Assembly: GCA_050575255.1 (NCBI GenBank)
Contig: JBNZDD010013718.1
Span: 4,804,261 to 4,868,260, forward strand
Length of the DNA stretch: 64,000 bases
From: Harriotta raleighana
Taxonomy: Eukaryota
Reading direction: 5' to 3'
The first letter of the stretch is position 1. Each line of letters starts with the position of its first letter. Of the stretch, positions 11,113 to 24,565 are shown in pieces. The notes beneath the pieces are model-generated. The model worked only from the letters and a program-made list of their open reading frames with translations. It searched no databases and was not told the DNA's origin. Both the position numbers and the translations under genes were made by a program.

Positions 11113-13609
11113 CTTACCCTGTTTTGCTCATTGGGAGGTGATATCAACGTTCTATTCATCTTCCACCCGAACACCTCAGTTTTGATTTCCTCACTTTCTC
11201 CTTATCCCTGCATTTCATGACCCAGCCAAGATCTGGAGCTTACCATCCAGAGAGGAATTTAGTCATGTTTGTCGGCAGAACCCATAATTAAACCTAGTCT
11301 TTTGTTTTATGAAAGTGTTCCACTTTCTTTCTTGTTTTTTGTACTTTCTTTTCTGTGACAGTTAGCTGACAACATAAGATGGTCCCCAGCTGCTCCAGTG
11401 ATTAGCCTGTGAAAAGTAAGCTAGATTTGGGTATAGACAAGCTATGAAGCTAACTATTGGCTTGATGCCTTTACATTTTGTCTGTATATGAAAAGATTAA
11501 CATGTAGCTTAGAATCTCAATGTTCCTTGTTATAAAGAATCTGCGTTGCATTTGTTTGGTGTAACATAAATTTGGTATATATTAAATAGGAATGTGTCAC
11601 AAAAGCAAATGAATGTTCTTTCATGATTATTTTGATCAAACCTGAAAGTTTTATAACACAATCAGTGAGGCTGTTCTAGTCAGTATTTGACTATGCAAGC
11701 AGAGAAACATCTATGCTATGAAAATGTCCCTTGTAAAAAAAAATGCATAGTAAATGGCTACAATCGGAAGCTTATTAATATATTGAGAAGTAGTCATTAA
11801 TTCATTCATTTCTAGTTCAGTCTGCACACACAAGTTGTGTGAAAACAGACTTTTGTGCTAATTCTATATTATTAACGTAAGTATATGAATTCTTGAAGTG
11901 TGCTAATGACTATTAAATATTATTCACAGTGATGTTATGAGGGCCAGTAGAATTCTGCAGAAGACAATTTTATCTGCATTTAATGATAGAGAATGAATTG
12001 TTGCTTTGTAATAAATACTATTGATTGCATTTTCTATGCACGATTGGCATCCAGTGAACTTTTGTGATTAGGAATAAGTCACAAAGCATGATTAGCCCTC
12101 TCACAGGACTCTATTGCTCCTGTGCATATAAGCGTCCTGCCTAAAGGGCACTTTATCCCAAATGTTGACCTGTTTGGTGATGCTACAATAAAGAAGGCAA
12201 GTAATTAGCTCCTGCCTCCTGCTTGCTTCCCTTACTCAGCACCTGCTTCTCACTTTTCTTCTTCCAACTTAGCTTATGCATCCGTAATTCAGCTCCCACC
12301 TGCCACTCCCATACACAAGGACCTTGAATTTCTGCCAAAATGTTATCAAGTGGGAGGTCCTCCACTATGGCAGATCGTTAAAGTTTTACTATATTCACCA
12401 TTACATTATCAAAAACTAGCAGTACTGTTGGTGAAATGTGTTGCATTACTTACGTGTAAGCCCTTAACAAATGATTTACCCATTCAAAACCAGTAAATCT
12501 CACAGCTGCAAGACTTCCAAGTTGAAAATCTTTTTTACAATGTTTGTTTTATTCCCTTTTCATTCTTCTTTTTGCTGTTCAGTAACTTTCCATGGAGTTG
12601 GCATCCCTGTGATGTGTAAATCATTAGACTCCCTCCTGCACAAATGGCACTCAAAAAGAGCAGTGTATGATGAGAGGCCACTTTTTTGAACAGTTGGCAA
12701 ACAAAACCGGCTTCTTAGAATTAACTCTTTATTCCACGGTATCATCACAATCACACAGTCATCCTCTTTTGCATTGGGATTCTTTGATTTTTGAAGATGT
12801 TTTTTATATTGCGTATTTAACACCCTGTCAAACAGATTCGATTACTTATTCATTAGCATAATTACTATAGTATCAGCTTTCTCCACATCAATCCTTACAT
12901 TCAATGCCATTTTTTCAGTCAACTGACGATGTCATGTTTACTCTGAAAGACCTTACAGAAAATGGTCCTGGGTTCAAGCTACGTGCATACCAAGAATGTT
13001 GCTCAAATAGCATTGCTGACATTTAAGTGCCTCTCTTTACATAGCCTCAGCATTTCAACATTGAAAATAAATGGATTTTATTGAAATGTTATAAGTTTCA
13101 TTCTGTGAAATATAATCATTGTACATTTAATGCTATTCTGTCACGCTTTCCATACATGCAATGAAATCTGGACAAGAGTTTTGAATATCAAGCAACTTTA
13201 ATCCAGGCCTTTTGTTCTACTTGCTTTATGATTTGAAGTGTGACACATATGTGTAACAAATTGTCTGTGGAGGCAAATTATGTGGATAGTTTCAAAAGAG
13301 AAATGGGTAGGTTTATAATGATGAAGGAATTGAAGTTTTTGTGAAATAGAGAGTGATAGTATTTAGCAATTGGCTAATGACTTGTCTAGTTTATTGAATT
13401 TCCACCTTTGTGGAATAAGTGAAACAAACCAAATTTGTAAAGAATGTGGAGCCCAGCACATTTTTAGTATATTCTATTATGTGTAGTACACTTGTGATTG
13501 CTCACAATAATTATAAAATATCTGAAAGTTTAATTTATACCAGCTACTCCTAAGAATTTACGTTTGAAACCCTTGATCTCAATGCAATTTGGTGCTAAAT
13601 CAGGCACAC

Positions 13610-13830
13610 AAGGAAGGAACAGGTTGGATATGTGGACTGGTCTAATTGCCTGCTGAGTTAATTAATCTCATCCTAGACTCTAGTAGGGGTTCTACCATTC
13701 ATTTTGTTGTGCTATGGAAGAAATGAATAGCTTGTGTTCCCAACTACTATCCAGTAACCTGTACTATATGTGCATGTCAGTAGATGCCAGTAGGGGATAT
13801 GATTCGGGTTGATTGTGATGGCTCCAATCA
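13610..13830 (+). mobile_element. Degenerate LF-SINE-like relic
   Basis: TGCTGAGTTAATTAATCTCA...AGTAGGGGTTCTAC...CTATCCAGTAACC...GGATATGATTCGGGTTGATTGTGATG in the order of the recalled LF-SINE consensus. Confidence 0.55.
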
Positions 13831-13985
13831 TGTAACTTACGATTCAGTGTTGTTACAAGCATGTTGGTAATGTTTTGAAGGGCTATTAGTAATATTTGAT
13901 GGACTCAAGTCTGAGTCATTCTCTTCAACAAAAAAGGGACAATAGCAGTAATCAAAATGGGAATTAGAGAAAACTGGATAAAATA

Positions 13986-14607
13986 CAGTAAAAGCCCATT
14001 TATCCAGCACCCACGGGACCTGGCCAATGCCGGTTAAACGGCTTTCCGGGTTGAACATTTTTTTAAAAATTGCAATTATTTTAACCATACCATATTAATA
14101 ATAGATTAAATAATAACAGATAATAACACAGATAATGTATAGGTAGTTTATTGTAAATGTTGTACACTGTACCATATAAATAATAGACTAAATACAGTAA
14201 TAACAGATACTGTAATAATAAAATATTATATGGCTACTTTATTGTAAATGTTATGCACTACTATATAAATAATAGACTAAATACACTAATAACAGATACA
14301 ATAATAACAGAATATTGTATTAGTACTTTATTATTTCTACATAACTTCTGCAGTGGCCGCCACAGGAGGAAAACAAAACGGTAGCGCTACTTTTTAAAAA
14401 AAACGGCAGTAGCGCGACTTTAGACTCAACTAGCGGCCAGCCGATATACCTGCACAGTATTTCACATGCGACAATCGATTCATTAAATGCGTCATCGCTA
14501 TTCTGCCAGATAACTTCCGGTTTATCGAATCGGGACTTTTTTTTTTTGAGGTGCCGGTTCAACGGGTTTTCCGTTTCATCGAGTCATGGATAAACGGGCT
14601 TTAACTG
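13986..14607. mobile_element. pogo/Tigger-like MITE with internal AT-rich tandem units
   Basis: TA|CAGTAAAAGCCCATTTATCCA ... TGGATAAACGGGCTTTAACTG|TA; three copies of aataatagactaaata...aataacaga...tactttatt inside. Confidence 0.88.
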
Positions 14608-14639
14608 TATAAAGCTCCAGATAAAACCTTAGTTACTTG

Positions 14640-14652
14640 CCAGTAGGTGGCA
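14640..14652 (+). promoter_or_regulatory. Candidate CTCF core motif
   Basis: CCAGTAGGTGGCA matches the CCASYAGRKGGCR core; motif only. Confidence 0.4.
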
Positions 14653-15979
14653 TTCTGTATATTAAAAGGTTTTCTACATTACATTTACTAAATATGAATA
14701 AAAAGTTTTAAATCTAGAAAAAATAATTTGGGTGTACTAGAACTTGAGTAAATTTTGTACATTTAATGAAACTGATAATTATTAAAGGAATTATTAAAGG
14801 AATCCTGTAAAAGAAAAGCCCAAGAGAGTCTTATTTGTTTTTAAAAAGTCAGTAATTTTTTTTTAAAGTTCAGGGCTATAATCTGCTTCATTTCTCAAAA
14901 TGGGGCATCGAAAAAAACATGTATTTTTCTGGTATAAGCTTCCAGTACCCCTGCAGCTAATGGCTTTCAACAAATTGCATTGTGGCTCAACAAAGACACC
15001 TTCTGTTATTGCACCCAAACTCACAAATATGGTGAATTTGGGAAGTTCAGATTGGGATTTACAACACTCATTTTCCCTCTATGTGAAATGGCTTCAAATT
15101 GGTATGGAAATGGCTTGTAATCTTTCTTTTATGTGGATAACGTTTAGTGACGTGGGAAACGCATGTTTAAATTTCAGCTAGCTTCAGAAATAAGCTCAAT
15201 AAACTTCAAATACATCATTTAAGTGATAGGATTGGTATCTTACCTTTTGATTGAAGGTATAAAAATCATAGTGGCTTCAGAGGAATTGTTAATGACTGGT
15301 GAGAAGCAGTGGTAAAATTGGAGCCATTTCAAGCAAATATCTTAATTTTTTCTCTGTCTGGTAAACCCTTTCATGGTTTCTTTGCTTTTTATTGTCTAAT
15401 ATTGTTTTCTGAGTGTTTGCTAATCTTGGGCAAAATGTTCGGATAGCACACTGTCCGTAGTCTTCTAAAGGTTTTTGTGAAATTAGATTGTATTTCGACA
15501 AACAAGCTAGCCATTCTCATACTAAGCAGCAACAAGGCCGAAAGGTATTTAGCAAGCATTTGTCCCTAAATTTACTCCAAAAGGTTTGGAGCTTTTAATC
15601 GGCAGTTGATGTTCAGTGCAAAAAGCAGCTGCAGGCAGCTGGACCAATTTAAAGTTGCCCAGAATGGTTTTCCAGGATCTATGCCGGGAAATCCATCCTG
15701 TGAAGAAAGCTTTTTAGTAATTTATAGTAAAACTGTTTTTATACCATACTCTCATTCTGCACATATATTGGTGCGTTAATACTGCTCACAACATAGTCAA
15801 TATTATAGCAGTGACCTGGGATGAGTTATCTGAACTATGGTTTGATGGTGTTGGGATATTAAGTTAAATGTAGTCTAAAATTGGTGCAGTTTTATTAAAC
15901 ATGAACAAAATATTTCTCATTAAGCATATTTAGTGTGCTTTTGTTTATTCATTATTCCTCTCACCAACAATACCTTGTA

Positions 15980-16838
15980 CAGTAAAACCTTGTTTATCCA
16001 GCACCCATGGGACCTGGCCAGTGGCGGTTAAATGGATTTCTGGTTGAACGGGGTTTCTAAAAAATATATATTTTTTAAATAGAATTTTTGTATTAAAAAA
16101 ATTGATGATTTTAACACATACCATATTAATAATAGACCAAATAATAACAGAATATTGTATTAGTACTTTATTATTTATACTTAACTTTTCAACGGAAGCA
16201 CTGATTCGATGGAGGTAAAACAAAACACAACTTTTAAAAGGAGTAGCTGCGAGTTTGGACCCGACTAGGGTCCAGCACACACACACATAGACACACAGAT
16301 AGACACAGACACACACCCTCAAAGATATTCAGTCTGAATCCATCATATAAATTCTGTCCACAACCCTCAACTCCCCCCTTTCCTCTCTCTCCCTCCCCCT
16401 CTCTCCCTGCATCACTCTCTCTCGCTCCATTATGCTTTCCCCCATTTCTCTCTCTCTCTCCCTTTCCTCCATCTCTCCATTGCCCCCACCCTCTCTCCCT
16501 TTCCTACATCTCTCCATTCTCCCCCCACCCTCTCTCTCCCTCTCTCTCCGTTTCCTCCATCTCTCCATTCCCTCGCTCTCCCTCCCTCTCTCTGGCCGCT
16601 ACCTACACCACTGTTAATACTTCATTATTTATACTTAACTTTGCAACGACAGCACTCATCCGAAGGAAGTAAAAAAACGCGACTTTTAAAAGGAGCAAGA
16701 ACGAGTTTAGACCCGACATTAAACGCGTCATCACTATTCGCCGGATAACTTCCGGTTAATCGAATCAGGACTTTTTTTGAGATGGCAGTTGAATGGGTTT
16801 TCCGATTATTTGAGTCACGGATTAATGAGATTTTACTA
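15980..16838. mobile_element. pogo/Tigger-like MITE with internal (CA)n and CT-rich expansion
   Basis: Left TIR TA|CAGTAAAACCTTGTTTATCCAG; degenerate right TIR GGATTAATGAGATTTTACTA; CT-rich tract 16371-16592; internal duplication of tttatttatacttaac...ttttaaaaggag...gagtttggacccgac. Confidence 0.82.
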
Positions 16839-18515
16839 TGTTTATATAGTGTCCTATAGACACTAGTGCCCCACCACCACCATCATTGGCAGTCGAGCCT
16901 TCAACCCATCTATCCCCATCACACAAATTTTTGCAGTCAGATATCCCACTAAAAGAACAGGCAGCATGAACAGGCCTGTTGAACTGGTGCGTTGAGTAGC
17001 TGAAAGCCAATTATTGGCCATGATCAAGCTCCATTCTACAGGCTCCATTGCAGTTACATGGCCCTTGTTCAGTGTAAAATATCTGCCAAGCGGAAACCCG
17101 CATTAATACACTTTTGGGTTGTAAGAACCATCTACACCTGCAGCATACAAACACTCAGGAACAGAATGCCAATTTTTTATTTCTGTTCCCAATTCAGAAT
17201 TATGTGAAGCGGGCAGAATCAGCTCAGCTTCCCACTCCACATATTGCAGAGATTATTGTATTGGTCTTTCTGTTTTATTTGGCATTATATGTACTCTTAA
17301 GTATTCTTCCAGTTATGGCTACAGAGATTACTTAATGCTGTATTTGAGTTGATAAAGGTCTGGGCATTAAAGATATATTAATCCCGGAAATATTTTTATA
17401 GTTTGCTTTATAACATGAAATATGAAGCACATGTGAACGAATATGTTAGATGCTAGTAATTAACATATTATAATTATTCAATTTTAATCCACTGAAACAG
17501 ATGAGAATATCACAATGATAGTTACAGGGGGAATGGAATGAACTTGCAGTAAGCATTTTAATATTTCCTTATGTGGCTTTTTTTAAAAATGTTGATTTCT
17601 TGTGGCTATGTTTTCCTCTGTTGTTTGCTAGTAATTTTCCCAGCTGCATTTGTCCTTTGTTTCTTCTCTTGATCTCTACTGTGGCTTTATTTCCCATCTG
17701 TTTTACTGTTTAACTGACTCACCCTTTTCCATGACTTTCTTCTTTCTTTCTTTGCACTCACCACCAAACAACTGGTCACGTGTCTCTAGATATAAGATAT
17801 CAGTACTTGTACTTCATAATCACTGCACCTTAGATTCTTCGACTGATCATTTGAATGGATAATAAAGAGCAGTATGTTTTAGAGGAGGTTGAACAGAATA
17901 AAGAACAGAGACATGGTGAACAACACCTGTGGGTAATTTGGGGGTGGGAAACTAAAATTGATAATGCTCAATTTTACGAGGAAGATTTTGTTTGCAAAGC
18001 TGAAAGATGCAATCGATACAAAATAAGTTTTGAAGTAACTTGTTTGTCTTTAATTTTATGGATCCCTGTTGGGACCTGATCAATATTATAAAAGGAGGAG
18101 TTCTGTAATAAATGATACTGATCAAGGCATGTACCAGGCAGAAACAATTGAATACCTTTATGTAAAAAAAAACGAACATTGGAATTCACTTGGAAGAAAA
18201 GAGGATTATTCGGAATCTAGGAATTTTGTGAGCAAATAGCCTGTGATGATTGGAATGTGTGTATATTCACCTAAAAGCGAAGAAAAGGAGGCGATTCAAA
18301 TCAGAGAAGGCCCTGAGTTGTCAACACTATAGTCACAAATTTGTGGAGTTTAACTTTTTACTGAGCAAGCATATAAAGCTCGAAGAGCAGCAGCTACTTA
18401 TAGTATCAACAGCAAAATCATCCTGAGTCGTAGAGAGTTTCAATTGGTGCACTTAACTAGGTTCCTATGTGGATGAGGGCAAGTCCAGGAAATATTGCCC
18501 AAGGTAAGAAGAAAC

Positions 18516-18630
18516 AATAATATAATAATCCTTAAATTTTATTTAGCGCCTTCTCATGTTGAAAAGTCACAAAGCATTTCACAGAATTTTCTGTAAAAGA
18601 TAATGAGTGTATTCGTAGGTGAAAACGGGT
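18516..18630 (-). mobile_element. Diverged SINE 3' tail fragment
   Basis: ataataatccttaaattttatttagcgcc...caaagcatttcacagaattttctgtaaa resembles the family tail. Confidence 0.7.
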
Positions 18631-20551
18631 GAAGTAAATGAGAGGAATGTGATTAGAGGATGAATTAGTTCAAGTGTCAAAAGCAAAGGAGGTAGCTTGC
18701 AGAAATAAATTGCTTTGTTGATGACGAATTGGTAAGTTTAGGCACTGAGGACACTTGATACACAAAGAAAGCAATAGATGAAATAGGATCTTGCAGTATA
18801 TAATGGTGCAAGAGATTGATGGGCATGACCGCACTGCACAAGCTTACAATAAGAGATTCAGTAATGAGGCATTTTCCTCTTTCTCTTTCTTTCTCCTGAA
18901 ACCCACTGTATGTGTTTGAGATGGGAGCAAGCTTAAATGAATATATTTGTCCTAAGGCATTAATTGGCAAGAAAAAACCTGTAATTCTCTTTTCACTGCT
19001 TTAAAATAAGTGCTGAAATTCAGTGTAACATGCAATGTGGCACATTGACACAAGGAGATAGACGAATGATTCAGCAGATTCTTAAACAGTGGAATGTACC
19101 TTCCCCCATTCCTTAACATTACCATTTACCCACAGCAATATATACTTTCAAAGAATAACTCTCTATGATAAGTAACCCACCTTTTGTGGAATTGGTTATT
19201 TATAAAAAAAACAGACTGGCGGGATTGACTGATAGTGTGATGGTTCAGATTTTCCGTAATGTAATTGCTTTTTTGTAAGGCTGCTTTTGATCAAGGACTC
19301 GTGGTTGATTAGTGGAAAAATTCTTCTACCTAATTCTCAACAAGCCCGTAACATAAAAGGAAGTTTTATTTCATGGTGAAGCATCGCAATTGGCCTTTAG
19401 AATTTTCATGCATTTCAGCCATAACATATGCTTCCAAGCTAAAATGGAATTTACTTGCATCTTCTTTCAAACCAAATCTTAAATGCCAATAATCTGAAGG
19501 CAAATGGTACATGTCCTCTAGTGAAGTTCTGGGCAATAAAACTTATTGAATTTTGCTGATGTCGAAGAGCTGTTGTGTTTGTCTACATCTCTTCATTTCT
19601 AATCAATTCAGTTGTATTGTTTCAATATGTTTATTTTTGCATGAAAACCACCTTAATATAATGAGGACTGATTGAAGCTATCTTCCTGGATTATGTATAA
19701 CATTTTGACAATCTTCAAGGGCTAATCTCTGATCATTGTTGAGTAAAATTATAATCAAACACTTCCTATATGTGGACTGTTATGTCCACTTACTGACATT
19801 GGAACTATGAGCTACTGTTACTGGCAAATAAATCTAGCAAGAATGTGAGATTGTAAGAAACATGATTTATCTGTGTGTTGCGCTTGTTATATTCTGAAAT
19901 ATATTAGATCAAATTTTCCAATTAAAGGTCATGGCTCTGTGGGTGTGAACAAGGAAGGGCACACAGTTAATTGATTAAGTAATGACTTCATTGTTCAATC
20001 ATTGCAAGCTTCAGTGTTAGTTGCACTATCAGCTCCTTTCTACAGAACATCCATAAGTAGACAGAGGCAGTACAGCATTCACACATGTAGGGCACCAACC
20101 CAGAAATGTAGCAGTAAAATCTAATCCAAATATGGTGCATAAAAATGCTTTCAATGTAACATTTAATATGCTTGAAAACTGTTGCAATGCTCTTAGAATT
20201 TTCCAGAAATACTACATAAGAATATAAACTATTTTATCCACAGAACAATTAACCACAAACTATTTATTGTGTTAAGCAGTTTCTGGGTCCAACAACTGAG
20301 AATTAACAAGACCTACAGCTGAGAGGAAAAACAGCTGTCAAACACACAAAGAGGAAAAATGCACTTTATATAATTGGTACAAAACCCTAAGTTCTTTAGT
20401 GGTTTCATGAATAGTTCCAGACTTGTGTCATCATTAGTACAGAACCTTAAAAAAACAGAAAATAGACTCTAGATTATATCACTTTGTGGACTTTGTTATA
20501 ATTCTGCATCTTATGAGCCTTAGTGTTCTTTCCAATGACACAAGTGTATAA

Positions 20552-21065
20552 TACTCCTTCCATTTACCTTCGGTGTAGCTTTCGCTTGGGGATGATACCT
20601 CAAAATGCTTCACATGATTTACTGTATCTTTTGTAGACATAAGCCACATTTGCACAGACAGCCATGAAATGAATGACTAATTTTGTCTAGAGGGGGAATT
20701 GCTGACCAAAATACACTTGGATTCCTTTGCAAACAGTGACATGTGATCCTTAATGTTCACCTGAAGAGATGGATGAGGATGAGCTCTTCACCCAAGTGGT
20801 CATTCTTCATTTGGAAACAAAAACTTGAGATTAATAGTTGGCTGTTTGACGATGGAAGCACCTCAGCCGAGCCTAAATTTGTCCCTATTTCAATGTCCTC
20901 TCAGAAAGAACAAGTTTTAGGATCCCTTAGCCCAAGGATAATTAGGACAATTACAGCACTAACACAGCTGAGATTAACTAACTCATCATAGATCAAGGAT
21001 CAAGTGTGGACCTTCCTAATATGTACACCGGGCTATGTCTTTACTCATTGAGCTATAGGAGGAGC
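20552..21065 (-). mobile_element. LF-SINE-like relic (21065-20781) directly followed by a Deu-SINE 3' part (20770-20552)
   Basis: Minus strand: TAGCTCAATGAGTAAAG...AGGAAGGTCC...TGAGTTAGTTAATCTCAGC...AGGCTCGGCTGAGGTGC...ATGAAGAATGACCACTTGGGTGA, then TCAGGTGAACATTAAGGATCACATGTCAC...TGTGAAGCATTTTGAG. Confidence 0.7.
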
Positions 21066-21559
21066 AACACGTGTGTGCCTTTTGCTACTTATAAAAAAAA
21101 TCACTATTTTACAAGCTTAAAGAGTTTATACATTTTCCACTATTTACACAGTGCAATGGTATTTTGATTGGATCATTTATTATGTTGGACTGTTCCTTTC
21201 AGTATTTTTACATAAGTAGATTTAACTCTTGACTATGATAAAAGATAGAGTTGTATTGGATCCATAAATCAATGAGTTGAAATCCTGAATGATGTGCTGA
21301 GCATTCGTAGCTCCCTAAAATGGAGGAATACTTGATGAATTTGTTTATTTTACTGAATACAATCACAAGAACTTGCATTTTATAGCACCCTTCCCAGGCA
21401 TAAGTATATCAGAGTGCAGAGTATCAGAGTGTATTCCTGATAAGTGTACCTAATGTGTTTGGATGATTGGTGGTACTATATTCTCTGTCAGTAAGCCTAA
21501 TAATTTGTAATTGCCTTATGTTCATATTGACCAAACTAGTATGACTACAGGACTTCATT

Positions 21560-21620
21560 ACAACAACAACAACTTTGATTTATATAGTGCCCTCCACGCC
21601 GGATGGCGTCTCAAAGCGCT
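21560..21620 (-). mobile_element. L2-type 3' tail, second family, tail-only
   Basis: Minus strand AGCGCTTTGAGACGCCATCCGGCGTGGAGGGCACTATATAAATCAAAGTTGTTGTTG; same family as 24995-25140. Confidence 0.7.
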
Positions 21621-23270
21621 TAAATAGTTTTAATGTTACATCGCACATGTTACATTAAAACTATCCTGTATCAACAAAGAACAACTATGACTTGACAGTT
21701 TCTATTGGAGATGGTACATAAATGATTATATTATTGTTATTTCACATTTGTCCCACTCATTTCATGCATTTAGCAAGTCTATTACTCTAGTCAATTTATT
21801 ATCTTTCAAATGAATTGAAAGAGGCGACAATCCAATGGATTATTGTTGTTCAAGGTCTCTTTTTCATTTAGATATTTGAATGAAAATACATTGTCTCATT
21901 CCATTTGGTACTTTTAAAAGTGTGCTTTTTCTTGTTTTAGGATTTATTATGTTTGCTTGGAATTGAAGGAGTTATGTTGTGTCACTGGGCAGGCATAATT
22001 TGGGCAGGGTCAATTCTTGTCAAAGTTTACTATGAAAGCAACGTCAGAAAAGTTTGCTTTGCTGCAATTTGAGGTTTTTTTTTCATGTTATTGGCCTTTT
22101 GTCTCCAGGTTTCTTCTTTTCCCACTTTATAAAGTAAGAGTTTTGTTTGTGCAAAACTCCTTCCACTTATTCTATTGTGTTGATGAGCAAAGTCAGTTAA
22201 GATCATAAGTTGGAGGTGTATTATGCTTTGTGCAATTCTAGATCTTGAAATTTTAATCATTGTGTGAGAAGTAATGATGTGGATAGACTCTGATGGTTAA
22301 CATTACTGGCTAAGACAAGATGACGTCACGGTCATCGGCTTTGTAAATAAAGGTGCTTGGTTCAATTAACTAACTAATTACAAGATTATTAACCTCAGTT
22401 GAAGTACCCAGTTGCTCAGTTTGAACAAGTAAGAGAAAAATATTATGTTTTGCTAAAGTGATTTTTCTAAACGTAATTTACTGGGTTTATAAGAAATTGA
22501 GGCGCCATATTAAAAATACTAATTAAAAAACAAAAATGACACAACTCTATACAATTCTTTTTCCAAAATATGATTGTATGAGAGGGAAAGAGCAGAGTAT
22601 GTTAACGTTGGTGGTATGATAGTCTGCTGAGAAATAAATTATATTAATAAGCTCTAAGGTCAAATGTCAACATTGCTGATATTACACTTACACAGAAATG
22701 TGAATTTTCTGGTTTACTGCTGGACATTTTCTGGTGACTTATGCTGAAAATAATGTATTTTGTTCCTGGGAAACTATACATAAAAGACTGCCTAAAATGA
22801 TCTTTTCTTGGCAGTTTGGGGAAGTGATATTTAGCTCTTTTTTAAAAAAAAAACGATATGGGTTCAGATAGGCTGATCGGCAATTGATATGTTTTAAGTT
22901 TTATCCAGAAAAGATCCATTCGTGGCTGCAGTTTTTTTTTAAAAGTAACATACATGACCAGCACTGAAGTGAATAAATAGTGTTTCAACTTGAAAAATAT
23001 GAAACATTAAAATTATAGGTTTCTTTCTCTTTGTTGGCACTTGTCTTTATTTTTAGACCAAGAGGTGAAATCACATCATGTATTCAGTGACAGTACCTGT
23101 ATTGTCTGACCAATTTAAATTTGCATTCTCTATTGAAAAAATGTCAATCGGAATAGTACAAATAGAACTGTGTATCAGCACATTAATTGAAATATTCAAT
23201 TTGCATAAAACACTGACTTGATTCATTTCTTTTGCAATAACGGACAATTCTCATCCGAATTTTTCAATAG

Positions 23271-23402
23271 GAATCGGGGGCCTGGAAGATTACGTCTTAA
23301 AATCTGCCACACTCTCAACTTCCCCTGCTTGCCCTCCTTTTACACCTTTGAACTTTGAAGCAGCTCCGATTGTGCGGGTGGCTGTGGAGCCCAAACATCC
23401 AA
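23271..23402 (+). CDS. EFL1: EFL1 internal coding exon (start of domain [15 protein letters not shown])
   Basis: Acceptor ttttcaatag|, translates (G)[43 protein letters not shown], donor A|GTAAGC; follows an 18.8 kb intron. Not in the ORF track. Confidence 0.96.
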
Positions 23403-24565
23403 GTAAGCGTTGCCATTAACTATATTCTACAATAATTTAATGAATATGTTTTATTTTAGAAAGAACATTTGCAGAATTTGCATTTTTTTTGGTTGTATAT
23501 ATTTCATCTTCTTCCAAGAGAGAGATGATCTGGAACTTATAAAGCTTTTGTGCAAAACAACTTGCATTTATATAGCATCCCTCATGCAGAGCAGCTTGGA
23601 GTATGTTCAGTGGGTTATTTTCAAGTGGCTTTATTTCACCTCTGCATATAGAAGTTATTTTAATCAGATGCAATTTATTCGCATTTCTTAGCAGTCTTTT
23701 ATAGTTTTAGTGTGATTTAGAACGAGCTTTATTTATAGTTGAAGGAAAATACAATTTTTTTTTAAAAAAAAAAGCCTTCATTGACAAGGTATTATTCAAT
23801 GGACAATAGTCTGAAGCAGTTTTTTGCATGATCAATGGTGATACTTTTTTTTACATTGCACTACAACAAGATGATCTTAACATTTTTTACACTGTCATAC
23901 CACTGTTTAGAGACTTGGTTTGTGCAGTGCTTCAGGATAGCAGTGAAAGTTTCAATGGAATTTTACCATTTATACGTGTGCCAAAAAGAGGAAAACAGCA
24001 GGATATGAGTGAAAAAGAAGATAAGAAGATGAAAGATGCAAGGCAATAGGCATAGAAAATAAAGACAAGATGAAAGATCCAGAAGGCACAAGTAAATGGG
24101 TACTGGAAAGAAAATGCAAACAAGACACAGAAAGGAAAGATAGGAAAGGACATGACAGACATAAAGGAAGAAAAGAAAAGCATTATTTTTAGCATTAGCA
24201 GTGTATTGTGAATACAGTAATGGGATTATTTTAGTTCCAGGTACTTTAATGGTACTTTAAGAAACTCAGTATGGAAATTCTTGTCATAGGAGATTAACAG
24301 TAAAGGGAATTTGGTGTATTGCATTAAATGTTTAAATAGTCAACAATTCCTGCAATATTCCAGTTAATCTAATTAATCTATGAAAATAGAAAATGTGAAA
24401 TTTAATCTAAGAAAGATTGATCTTCTGCATTTGGCATACTGTTTAATGAGAGAAATGTGGCAAAGACCAATGTTACGAGTCATTTGCCTGCTCATTCTGA
24501 ATACCACATGTTTACCGTAATATTTGACAACATTCGATTTTCACTTGTTTTCTTTATTCCTGCAG

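Noticed and set aside
14090-14335. Tandem AT-rich repeats as a CRISPR-like array
   Set aside because: Eukaryotic context, no unique spacers, internal to a TIR-bounded MITE.
16329-16617. R/E-rich and L/S/P-rich ORFs
   Set aside because: Translations of a CT microsatellite inside a MITE.
17860-18500. ORF 17855-18079 and surroundings as a nested gene
   Set aside because: No recognisable domain or splice structure; more like a very decayed LINE, too degenerate to call. Same for 32890-33310.
23985-24180. Purine-rich tract and K/E-rich or F-rich ORFs as an extra exon
   Set aside because: Low complexity; flanking EFL1 exons already join in frame with no missing sequence.
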